This document shows, piece after piece, positions 44,650 through 57,600 of a stretch of 64,000 nt of DNA. The stretch covers positions 1-64,000 of the forward strand of contig JBEUKZ010000117.1 of assembly GCA_048128005.1 (NCBI GenBank), written 5' to 3'. A program made the translations under genes and the position numbers. Origin of the DNA: Veleropilina oligotropha. Its lineage: Eukaryota. How positions within the stretch are numbered: the stretch's first letter is position 1; every line of letters starts with the position of its first letter. The notes under the pieces are model-generated. The model ran no database searches. It was not told the DNA's origin and saw only the letters and a program-made list of their open reading frames with translations.

Positions 44650-45654
44650 AGACTCTTAATCAAAATAAGAAATTGGGGTCCCTCATAAAAAATACTTTGT
44701 CTAGTTTTGAGTTAATTGAAGTTTGGTACATGCCCCTCTTACCATTGCGATTCCGAAAGACAACTGATTAATTATTTTGAAGTCGATCGCTTGTAACTTT
44801 GATTATGTAGGCCTAAACAAACATATAATATTATAGGGTATAATTAATGGGATAATGAAATTTTTACTTGTATTCGGGATTTTATATACAAATGTTTGGT
44901 GCTCTTTCGGTACTTCCCCACAGATCCCGCTGTTATACATATTTAAGGAGCTCCGGCTTGTATTCCTCTTAAATTTTCACACTCCGCGTATTATCTGCCA
45001 TGTTGCCCTGTATTATGGGCATTAGGGTTAGGTAAGCAGGGTTCGCTAATCGTTGAAAATATAGAATTGAATATTGATTTTATTCATATTATGAATGAAA
45101 ACGTACTGGTAGCATTCGATGTAAAGGCATTGACCGTAGCCTACGGTCCGTACTCCACGACATGTTATCGGAGATGAAAAACCAGATTTCAAAACTTGAG
45201 TAAAAGCCGGAGCTGTGGGGAAGCACCGAAAAAGCGCCAAATGTTTTACTATTAGAGAGCAATAGCTGTCTTAACCAAATTTATAATTTGAATTCTTATA
45301 AATATTTCCAAATTACGACGGTATCATTGCATTAATCGTTAAACCCTCCATACAGCTATTTGTGTACATTCTGTCATTTACGTTGTTCTTGTCTTCCTCT
45401 GGCAATATATTTCGGTATATTGATCTTGTGCCAATAAAGTATAGTCTTTGTCATCCAATATGTGCTTGATCACTGAAAGATCGGGAGACACAGCAGCATG
45501 TCGGCATTCTGCCGAGTCATTCACCATACGTAGCGAGAAGACAGAATAAGTAAATTATGAGTTATCGCCCCCATTTCTCTGGCGTAAGAATGACATTATT
45601 TAACGGCATCACCTTTTAGTGAAATATGGCGGCCAGGAATTTTGCGCCAGTTAC

Positions 45655-46142
45655 TACTGTGGCTGATTTGTGCCATCTCGTATTCTCGTACTCTCGTATT
45701 CTCGCCCCGCTAATTAGCGACTTTAAATCTCGTATACTCGTACTCTCGGCCCGAAAACGCGCTAATTAGCGACTTTAATTATCGTACTCTCGTACTCTCG
45801 CCCCGCTAATTAGCGGCTTTAATTCTCGCCCCGCTAATTAGCGGGGCGAGACTACGAGAGTACGAGAATTAAAGTCGCTAATTAGCGACCTTAAATCTTG
45901 CCCCGAGAATCTCGCCCCGCTAATTAGCGACTTTAATTCTCGTACTCTCGCCCCGCTAATTAGCGGCTTTAAATCTCGTATTCTCGTACTCTCGGCCCGA
46001 GAACGCGCTAATTAGCGACTTTAATTCTCGTACTCTCGTACGCTCGCCCCGCTAATTAGCGGCTTTAATTCTCGCCCCGCTAATTAGCGGGGCGAGACTA
46101 CGAGAGTACGAGAGTACGAGATGGCACAAATCAGCCACCGTA
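45655..46142. mobile_element. MITE related to the foldback element termini, filled with short palindromic repeats
   Basis: TACTGTGGCTGATTTGTGCCATCTCGTA...TACGAGATGGCACAAATCAGCCACCGTA; 6-bp TSD AGTTAC (45649-45654, 46143-46148). Confidence 0.9.
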
Positions 46143-46603
46143 AGTTACCGATGTCGCAGTTTTAGGTAACATTTTCAACATCAAAACAGGATTTAATTAT
46201 GCCATGCATTTAGTGATGAGTACGCATGCATAGTCCTATGTGTCCTCAAGTTTTTTCATAGCTGTATATGATGGTTTATGGAGGTTTCGCCCCAATCAAG
46301 TTTGCCCTAAGACAAAATATTACATAAATATAACATATGACATTAAAACGCTTACTATGCATACACCTGGGCATATTTTTTGCTGTTTTGGTTTACTCAT
46401 CGTGTGTAAATCGTTGTGTTAAAGATTGTAAAAAGTACGCTGATTATACGTCGCCATTTGCAAATAAAATATTTCCGTGTACAGTTTCGTATTTTCCCTG
46501 AGAGATTATTGTATACATTCATTATGTCTGTTCTGTATTATTTATACGTTATTTGAAATGTATCGTTATGTTTTGCAATAAAAATCAAACACTGACATAT
46601 ATA

Positions 46604-47392
46604 TAGGGACACCCATGGCACATAAAAATCGTATTAAATTCACAATCAACACGATGGTGATGTGTCGTGATGAAAACAGTCACTATATGGAAGATATATT
46701 ACTATAATTAATCACTCACCCATACGATAAAATAGAGTTAGAACTCATTTCTTACCACACACTTGTCGACTATGTTCGCTGATTATGACTGCTAACGGAA
46801 GTGCAAGTTTGATGACGTCATGTCAGGGTTATATGACAAAATTGAATCGTTAAAAATTTTGAGTTGCGGAAAATAATGCTATACAACACAATAAGTGGCT
46901 TAAATTACGAAAATTTTCGCACTAATCCACAATCCGCATTTTTGATGTTACAAAATTTTAAATTATAACCAAATGAATGAGATGGATCCTTTGACGGCGA
47001 AAAACCCAATTCAAACCGATCTATAATAAGTATTAAAATATTTGACCTAAAAAATTGGTCAAAAAATATATCTTTTATACAAAATCAAAGTATACAATAT
47101 ATTATACTGTGACCTCACGATAATAAATATAAAGTACTAAAATAACCTTACAAAATAAATTCACCCGCTCAAAATCTTGTCCGATCGGAAGAGATATTAA
47201 ATGTCCACTGCCGTAAAATAGGTTTTACATCGTTTTATAGAGATTTTTCTGTACGAGAAATTCTACTTCCGCGATGTCCCCCGGATTAATTTTATTGTAG
47301 CAGAATGTGCGAGACTGTAATTGCCTCGGTATGGATAAACAGCTCGCTGAAATCATTTCACAGGTGAACGTTGCCAGGTAAAGGTGTCCCTA
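46604..47392. mobile_element. Probable MITE in a TA-rich site
   Basis: Short TIR TAGGGACACC...GGTGTCCCTA flanked by (TA)n. Confidence 0.5.
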
Positions 47393-50098
47393 ATATATAT
47401 ATTTGCTATTGACAGTGCTATGGTTACTCGGTGCGAGATCGTTTTGCTTACCCAAAACTCAAACTTGAAAGGAAGGCCTTGTAATTTAATAGAAATTTGC
47501 AATACTTAGGATATAAATATTTTTTGGGAAAGTATTTAGCAATATATGTTATTTTTTATAGTAATTAAAATAATTAAAATAATAAACTGGGGCGAAACCG
47601 CCACGACGAACATGAACTGGGGCGAAACCTCCAGCTATCGTATATGATTATGAGGTGAATGATTGCAACCGAGCCATGTAAATCAGTAAATTATAACTCT
47701 TACCACAGGCATTCGCCACCGGCAACCCTAGTACAAGGTTGCCACTGGTCAGGGAATTTTGGAATTGGTCAGGGAAATTTTGAATTCTGTGAAAAGTCAT
47801 GGAAATTCAGGAATGGTCAATGAAAATTGGCATTTTCCTTTCATATGCACAAAATAAAAATTTGACTCGTGCTATTTGAGTAACAGTGGTTCATAAAAAG
47901 TTAGAATGAAATATCGCTTTTGCCCTGTCAGAGTGCAGGAGAGGGGGTTTCACGCGAACAGTCGATAGTAAATTCAGCGCCCCCCTAACCAAATGTGAAC
48001 AAAATCGCTGAAAAGGAACGGTAGTTATCGTCCGGAAACAAAAGCGTGACAGACGGACGGACGGCACAAAAACAATATGTCTCCCCACAGGGACATAATT
48101 CCAATATAATGGGTTGCAGTAAGTATAATTAGAATAGTAATTTACTACCCCGTCGATTGTGACGTCACCAAATGACGATTAATCTAAGGCGACGTCGTAA
48201 TGACGTCATTGCCATTTGCTTGCAATATTAGACAACCGTTATATACAAATATGGATAAAAGTGCTCAATAAATGCATATTTTTGCACAGCACAAAAACAA
48301 TATGTCTCCTCACAGGGTAGGGGAGACATAATTCCAATAATAATGGGCAGTAAGTATAATTAGAATAGTAATTATAAAAATACCAAAGAGACAGGCAATA
48401 GTCAATTTGTCATTCATTTTAAATAAAAAATTAGTAATATTTATAGTTAATTTTCTAATAAATGTCCCTCCTGTGATCATCCAAAATACCCCCCCCCCCC
48501 ACAAGTACCAGGAGTGCAAAACCACATTTGATAGGGTCTGCTGTAATAGGATGGTGGATATTTTCCATCTATATGGTCCTGCCATGGAACACATCTAGGG
48601 TGGCCAGCTTCCTGGAAAATCTACAAGGACTGTTTTTTAAAGTGATTTATCATCTATGAAATTGACAGGCTATCTTTAAATTAGTGCAGCAGATAAGACT
48701 GGGTCGATTTCCAAAAATATTAACCCTGAAGGCAAATCGTGTTAATTTATGGCATACAAGGCTACTGAACTCAAATCAGTTGTAAGCCCAGCTCAAAAAT
48801 GGACCATAATGCCTCAAAATTGAGAAATCCAAGATGGCCACCACAGCCTGGTTGAAATTTATAATTTATTTTCAAAAAGTTTTACCACACAAGGTAGAAA
48901 CTTCCATTAAATGTGTTAATTTGGGAGTTTGGTGGTATTGAGCGGAGCTAAAATCAACTCTGTATACCCAGCTAAAAAATGACCCATAATGCCATAAAAT
49001 TGAGAAATCCAAGATGGCCACCATGCACAGCCGGGTTGAAATGTATTTATTTGTATTATATAAATGGTGCTGTTATTCGTTAAATAATGGCAAAAATATA
49101 ATCGGTATTTCACTGATATATATTTTCACTCACGTGAATGAAAATATTTTCCATATTTCATTCTCGTGAGTGAAAATATCAAAAACGCGTCATAAAGTGA
49201 CGTCATAAAAACGTCCATGGCGACGTCGTCTATGGCGACGTTATGATGGTGAACTACATTTCAACATTACAACGTCAACAGCGCACGCAAGGCTGTACAA
49301 TGGTAACATTATTTAATTGATAACTAACCCATTTATATAATAAATGGAGCATTCAATGTTATGTCAGAAATATTAAATATATTTTGTCTCGTGAACTATA
49401 TCCTAGCCGATTCACTCAAGACATCCGGCTTTTCGTGAATCCGCTAGGATATATTTCACTCGACAAAATATATTTAATATTTCTGACATACCATCAAATA
49501 CACTCTATATATATATGTTTGTACTAAACAAGGAAGAAAGTTGAATGAAATGTGTTATTTTAGGGTGTTAGTGGTATTGAGGGGTGCTGAAGCCAACTGT
49601 GCTGTATGTCCACCTAAATATTGGCCCATATTAATGCCTCAAAATTGAGAAATCCAAAATGGTCGCTTCCACCGGGTTGAAATGTATTTATGTACAGTAA
49701 ATATATTTCGACTAAACAAGGTAGAAACCTGAATGAAATGTTCTGTTGTTGATTTTCATATGGAGAATCCAAAATCATATTCGGTTTAAAATAAATGGCA
49801 CATAAACTGCTCGAAATCCAAATAAAAGTCCAACATGGCTGCCAAAATTCAAAATGGCTGCCAAAATACATGAAAATGCATTTCACCATATTGCTTCGCA
49901 ATAATGAACAATTTCTTTACCCTAACAATGAGATATTTAGCATCGTTCCAAACTAAACATTAGAAGCAATTTTGTTGTGACAGTTACGATCATAAAGCAA
50001 GTCTCAAATTTAGTCAGAGAAAGGTGAGAACATTAGGAACAAAGTAGGCGCACCCATTTTCATGTTATAGGGTATCTCCAACCAAGAGCATTGTAAAT

Positions 50099-50457
50099 TA
50101 GACCCTGCAGAATTATGCACTAATTTTCTTCAAATTATGCGAATTTGACACAGCATATTACGCACCCAGATTAATGAAATTATGAAATAATATGCACTCA
50201 AATCAATGAAATTATGAAATAATATGCACCAAATTAATGAAATTATGCAATATAATGTAAATCGATGTTATTTACGAAGTCAAACAATAGTGTTTCAATA
50301 ATAAAATATACTTGAACTTATCATTTATAGGATTCTGTCATGTTATTGCAAAAAATGATAAATTATGCGCAAAAAAGTTGAAATATTGCGATTAAGTGGT
50401 CCCTTCTAAATTCAGAAATTATGCAAATCGCATAGTCATATAATTCCGCGGGGTCTA
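50099..50457. mobile_element. MITE with 6-bp TSD
   Basis: TAGACCCTGCAGAATTAT...ATAATTCCGCGGGGTCTA; GTAAAT at 50093-50098 and 50458-50463. Confidence 0.8.
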
Positions 50458-51391
50458 GTAAATGCACTTCAGAAGTTTAATAACTGCCCTTTCTACCATA
50501 TTATCTCTTACGTCTGATGCATGCAAAGGCGCACTCCTCCGTGCTGCCCGTTTGGAAAACGATAAACGCTATGACAATCAGGCACACATCCCCTTTTCCT
50601 CATTTTGAAACTTTGCCTTACAGTTAGTTAAAGGATTTCTTATTAGAATCAAGATCATGCATTGACCGTCGGACGCATTTTAGGAATACCGTTGTATAGC
50701 CGAATATGAAATATAATGTTGGAGACAGGCACACATAGTATTTTACATATTGTAAACAGTGTAACTGTTAAGGTAATGAGCTAGATTGTTGTATATGGGG
50801 ATAACACAGATGTATATATTTATTATTATTGACAATACAACCAACAAGTTTGCCAATTGTTACTTGTGAATGCAATTAACGTTGTCATAGCGAACAAGAT
50901 AAACGTACGTATCAGACGAGAAACCGCAGGGTAACATTTTTATTTTTAAAAATATCTTACTTTATTTGCCTGTCAATGCTGAACAATGACTAAGCAATTA
51001 ATAACGTCATGTTAAATTGCACCTTACGTATTATTCTAAGCGCAAAATAGCCTGGATATTTGAAAAGCAGAGGAATAGTTTTATCATATACATTCATTGT
51101 ATATTATTCATGTATATGTATGCATTCATTGCTTATGATTGAATCTCAAAGGAATATTTTGAAATTAACATGATTGCCTCCGGCAGAATCGAAATGACGT
51201 CTAGCGGACGACGTGTAGTTTGATACGAAAGCGTCGAGTTTGACATGAATATTTATCACACTCCACGTGACGTCACTTTGACCAATCAGACTTCTCGCAT
51301 TTGGAAAGCATTTTTGGATCTAATTAAACTATTGGATGAAATCCCCGATTTGCATTTGTCATGTGAACGTGGATGATGGTAAACATAATAA

Positions 51392-52093
51392 TTACATAAT
51401 GTAAAATTGTTTACTTTGGAATTTGTTTTGAACGTGCTACAACGTCTCGACTGCACATCTAGCAGTCTTGATCGCTTATTGATCTCGTTTGGCGCTGGAA
51501 GCGCTCAGGAATCAGGCTGTGGTAGATGGTGGGTTTTCGCTCACGGATGTAGATGGCCTCTTTGACTTTACGTTTTGTCCAGTCAGGTTCGTGGGTGAGG
51601 ATGGAGGTGTTGGATAGTGACACTGAGTGGCCGGTGGCTTGGAAATGGTCACCCACACCTGTTGGCTTGTCGAGGTTGGTGTGCTCTTTGAAACGTGTAG
51701 CAAGAGTACGCTTCGTTTCTCCAATGTAGGTGTGTTCAGTGGACTGGTCACAGTTGATTTGATAAATGACCCTGTATTTCCTCTCATCAGGAGTACGGTC
51801 CTTTGGGTGTTACTGTACCAACATGGATCTTAGTTTGTTGACAGGTTGATGGAAAGTCTTAATGCCAAATGACATGTAGATCCTGGATAGTTTTTAGGAC
51901 AGGCCCTGAACGTATGGTAACCCAATCAGAGGTGACCGGTGTTGTGGTAGTCCTGATGCATTGGTATCCGGGGGTGGGATTCCTGAGTGCTCCCAGCGGC
52001 AAACGAGATGATCAAGACTGCTAGATGCGCAGTCGAAACGTCGTAGCACGTTCAAAACAGGTTCCAAAGTAAGTAAACAATTTTACATTATGT
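51392..52093 (-). mobile_element. Penelope-like retroelement remnant (GIY-YIG endonuclease region) with inverted terminal repeat
   Basis: Minus-strand LPYVQG, YIGETKRTLATRFKEH and KRKVKEAIYIR fragments; about 51392-51475 is the reverse complement of about 52010-52093. Confidence 0.85.
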
Positions 52094-52367
52094 CATCACT
52101 GGGAACCAATAACAACAATTTTTCAACTCTTATAATTACATCTTTAATATTTCAATTGCTCAATAATTATGTGCATGATTTTTATATTGACACAGTGTTT
52201 AAATAACTTTGTTTTCTTTTTTAAGGTATTTGGATTCGTTGGAACTTACAAGCTGAGTACAGGTACATGTCCGTGCGATATTCCAAGACAATAATTCGTG
52301 AAACGAAAGAGACAAACTCAAGCTTCACCAAACTATTATAGAATATTATTTTCGAAATTCACACCAG

Positions 52368-53306
52368 ATGGAGCCACTTGTATGCACTGTGTGCGACAAA
52401 CAATTCAGTGATGCACAGAAACGTAAATGTCATATGAGAAACCATGCTCTGAAAAGGCAGCACCAATGCAGCTTGTGTGTAAAGATATTTAAAACGGTGA
52501 GCACCTTGCAACAGCATATGCGGATTCACACAGGGGAAAGGCATTATCAGTGCTGCTTGTGCGACAGGACATTTCCAGCTGCAAGTGGGTTGAACAGGCA
52601 TATGCTAACTCATACCGGAGATAAACATCATCATTGTGCTTTGTGTAAGTGAACATTTGCATGTCGTAGTAATCTTAGGTCGCACATGCTAATCCATACT
52701 GGGGAGAAGTCGCGCCAATGTGCTGTTTGTAGTAAGACCTTTTCACGATCAGGTTGTCTGAAGTTGCACATGCGATCCCATACTGGAGAGAAACCATACC
52801 AATGCGAGGTTTGCTATAAGACATTTATGAGTGCAAGTAAGCTTAGATCACACACTCTAATTGATACTGGACAGAAATCACATAAATGCGGTGTATGCAA
52901 AAAAGCATTTTCGCTTGCGGGTAACCTCACAAAACATATATTAATTCATACTGGTGAGAAATCACATAAATGCGGTGTATGCAAAAAAGCATTTTCACTT
53001 GCGAGTAATCTCACATAACATATATTAATTCATACTGGAGAGAAATCACATAAATGCGGTGTATGCAAAAAATCATTTTCACAAGCGGGTAATGTTAGAA
53101 CGCACATGTTAATTCATACTGGTGAGAAACCACATCAATGTGTTGTATGCAATAAAACATTTTTTAATGTGGGTAATCTTAGAACGCACATGTTAATTCA
53201 TACTGGTGAGAAACCACATGAATGTGTTGTATGCAATAAAACATTTTTACAAGCGGGTAATCTTAGAACGCACATGTTAATTCATACTAGAAAGAAACTA
53301 TTGTGA
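52368..53306 (+). pseudogene. C2H2 zinc-finger array pseudogene (about 11 fingers)
   Basis: Three ORF pieces in the same frame, separated by in-frame stops at 52650-52652 and 53016-53018. Confidence 0.85.
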
Positions 53307-53551
53307 TCTAATGTCTTAACAAGCAAGTTGTCTCAGGAGGTAGATGTTAGTCCACACTAGGCAGAATACTTAACCAATGTGTTGTGTGTGATCGAACAAT
53401 ATAAGTTGTCTCTATATCTCTCTCTCATTTGAAGTTAAGGGCAATTCTACTTTTAATTACACTCACTTATCTATATATATATAAAGTAGTAATTGTTTGT
53501 TTACGTGCTTGTTGGTTTGCCACCTTTGACTTCTGCGCCCCGTTGAATTGG

Positions 53552-53672
53552 CATACATACATACATACATAAATACATGTATGCATGCATCCATACATAC
53601 ATACATACATACATACATTGCATGCATGCATTACATACATACATACATACATACATTGCATGCATGCATGCA

Positions 53673-53703
<31 letters not shown>

Positions 53704-53815
53704 CATACATACATACATACATACATACATACATACATACAAAAATACATACATACATTACATACATTACATACATGCATGCATGCATGCATGCATGCAT
53801 GCATACATACATACA

Positions 53816-53848
<33 letters not shown>

Positions 53849-54680
53849 GCATACATGCATACATACATGCAATTACATACATACATACATTACAAACATT
53901 ACATATACATTGCATACATACATACATACATACATACATACATGCATACATACATACATACATAAATACATACACACAGGCATGCACACACACACATATA
54001 TGCATGCATGCATGCACGCATACATACATACATACATTACATAAATATGTACATACATACATACACACATTGCATGCATGCATGCATACATGCATGCATA
54101 CATACATGCATACATACATACATTACATACATACATTGCATACATACATTACATACATACATGCATACATTGCATGCATGCATGCATACATACATGCATA
54201 CATACATACACATATACATACATACATACATACATACATACATACATACATACATAACATACATACATACATACATACATACATACATACATACATACAT
54301 ACATACATACATACATACATACATACATACATACATACATGCATACATACACACATACATACATTCATACATGCATACATACATACATACATACATACAT
54401 ACATACATACATACATACATACATACATACATACATACATACATACATACATACATACATACATACATACATGCATACATGCATACATGCATACATACAT
54501 ACATTACATACATACATATATTACATACATACATATATTACATACATACATACATTACATACATTACATACATTACATACATACATACATACATTACATA
54601 CATACATACATACATACATTGCATGCATGCATACATACATGCATACATACATACATACATACATACATGCATACATACAT
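53552..54680. repeat. (CATA)n/(CATG)n microsatellite inside a local duplication (53345-53600 repeated at 54681-54925)
   Basis: Direct reading. Confidence 0.95.
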
Positions 54681-57600
54681 ATGTTAGTCCACACTAGGCA
54701 GAATACTTAACCAATGTGTTGTGTGTGATCGAACAATATAAGTTGTCTCTATGTATCTCTCTCATTTGAAGTTAAGGGCAATTCTACTTTTATTTACACT
54801 CACTAGATATATAAAGTAGTAATTGTTTGTTTACGTGCTTGTCGGTTTGCCACCTCTGACTTCTGCGCCCCTTTGATTTGGCATACATACATACATACAT
54901 AAATACACACATGCATGCATCCATACACAGGGGCGTCGCAACCTTTTGATGTTAGGGGGGTATCATTAACCAAGGGCACCTCATATTGCATACTTCCCAA
55001 CCTTTTATGGCAAGAAAGAGGTAGCCACGTGAGCGGCCGAAGGCCGCGAATATCTAGGGGTTTTTATTTTATTTAGAAGCTCTGAGAAGCGTTCTCCTGC
55101 ATTCTAGGACAAAAATTGACATTATTTTTGCCTCAAAATTTCATGTTTGGAGAGCAGAAATTATTAAAAACATGTTAAAGTAAATATTCGATAATATTAG
55201 TACTCACCCGCATATTTTCCTGAATTCTGGAATATAAATTGACTACGTACGGTACTTCGTTTGTTCAATACTATTTTTTACAGACACTATATTACGGACA
55301 TGGTTTACAAGTGTTCTAGTGGGGGGGGGGGGGGGGGAGAATTCTGACGGCGAATCGCTGATAAGATAACGAAATAACTTGTTCAACTGCAGTAATTGTC
55401 TAGCCAATGCCACAAATCATTAATGATATTGATTGAACATTCGGTAAGATTATCTAATATGTTGCATATAGGCCTAGTTTATACATATCCGGAAATTTCG
55501 CAATGAAATATCTTTATTGATTACGCTTGCAAAACTAATGAACGAAATAGCTAGGGCCAACTTTGCAAGCAATAATTATTCGCGAAATCGACCATGGCAA
55601 AAATTGACCAGCAAACCCTCCTGACAATTTCATTGGTTGAATATTATGCGTGACATAGCCATAACGCGCTACCGTTTTCACGGACTTTATATTACCGAAA
55701 CGCGTGATGTCAGGTCGCGTATTCGATCACACAGGGGCATGTAACGCTGTTTATCGTTCGTCTGTTTCCGTTTGACGATTAGCGCAGTTGACTGTGAGTA
55801 CTTAATTACATGCATACATACATACATGCATGGGATCGATGCTTATTGTCCTGTATCTTTACAACCTTCAGGTTCACTTTAACCAGTCCACCATATGTCC
55901 ATATTTTCTCTGGAGAAAAGCCTGGTCACCCTCGGGAAACCAGTCCTATCCGACCAGTCCAGACTACTGTGATTGATAACTGAACTGAACGCCATTCTCA
56001 TTGCCACAACCAAAATTATAAGGAACTCCTATTTGTCAGAGCAATCAAGAGAGTGGTTTAGAGTTGGCACTAGAGTCCACACGGCTATCGGAGAGCCTCG
56101 TGTTTAAATGTAAAGGACGGATTTACAAATTCATTTGAGAGACCGAGGGGCCGGTGCAGGCAATTGGTAATGACTACATGACATATGCTATAAAGTTAAT
56201 GTTGATGAACATGGCTTCTCCTGTACTTTGATGATGACAGAACGCATCAAAATGTGCCATAGATTCTTTAAAATATTGTCTACAGACTACATAGGCCTTT
56301 TAGCTCATGTTTGATATTTATGATGGCACATTATGCATGAATAATATTTTGTGTTGTTCATGATAAGTCATTACACAAAAAGATAATTTTGTATCTTTGT
56401 CAAAAAAATGTATCATTAATTTTGTTGGCGTATTCATAAAGATATATGATTGTGGCATGTTTTTAAAAAGTTATATCGATAATAATGAGTACATAATATA
56501 TGCATTCACAGCGTTGAAAAAATGAAAATTGCTAAATCGTCTCTGTACCATGAGTAAGTAAATGGTCTTATTTTAGAATCCAAGATTGCAAATATAAAAT
56601 TCATGGGACGGTGCATATATACAGCTAAAAATTAATTTACAGCAATAGTGCCCTACCTGGATATTTTGACATCCTGCTGGCTCATATCTGAGCTTCTATG
56701 AAATGGCCATTGCATCTTCATGGAATATGCAGCATAATCCCCTGGTGCTTCGCGTACGATAAACAAAATTATGCTCGCTGTTTCTCGATCTCCCTTGCGC
56801 AAACGGCAAGACTCTATGAAGATCACTCTGTGAGGCACCATCAAGACTTGGAAGGCAGATTCTTAATCACAATCAGTGACAAGAACACATTTGGCCTTAT
56901 TCCTGCTGACCCGGTAGTTGGAGAAAGCCGCCAGTTGGGACCCGAAGGTTTATAGTTTGTGACCAACGACGGTTTCAAAATACTACTTTAAGGCAGAGCA
57001 TTGGATCGCATGCATACGATAATAGTGTACCTTGGTGGAAATAAACAAGTAATGGCCTTATTTTCCATATTTAGGTGCATACCGAATACATAAAAATGAG
57101 ACGATTGTACAATAATAGTATGTAGTAGGTGTAAGGCAAGACACAGTAACTGGATCAACCCATCGTACATCAAAATACTGTTGAACCGTCAATATTGTCC
57201 GGTTACGATACCCACCAATGTATAAATATCAGATGTTCGTCCATTCAAGACTCGAAAACAGGTCAATTCCTTCAATGAAAGCGTTGCATCCCCTCGGACC
57301 GTTTCCATGATTACAAGTGAATTGTGGGCGCTCCGCAAAAAGGCAACCAAAGCAGCACTGGCGAGAAACCTTGAAGCACGGGTCATCTTGTTGTTCATAT
57401 CATGGAAGTGCGAGAAATTCTGCTTCCTTCCAGTGCACATGAAATAGAGCTACGCCATCACTATCGAATTGGTTGACCAGATGGTGGATTGAGGTTATTC
57501 CTTTTGTTCAATAAAATAGTCATGCGGATGTGTACATTGTACCACCTATAAATATATTCTTAAAGCTATTCATCTCTCGAAGTAAGACGTCATACAATAC

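Noticed and set aside
53467..54710. His/Thr/Tyr/Ile-rich 379-aa ORF and MYVC ORFs
   Set aside because: (CATA)n microsatellite translations
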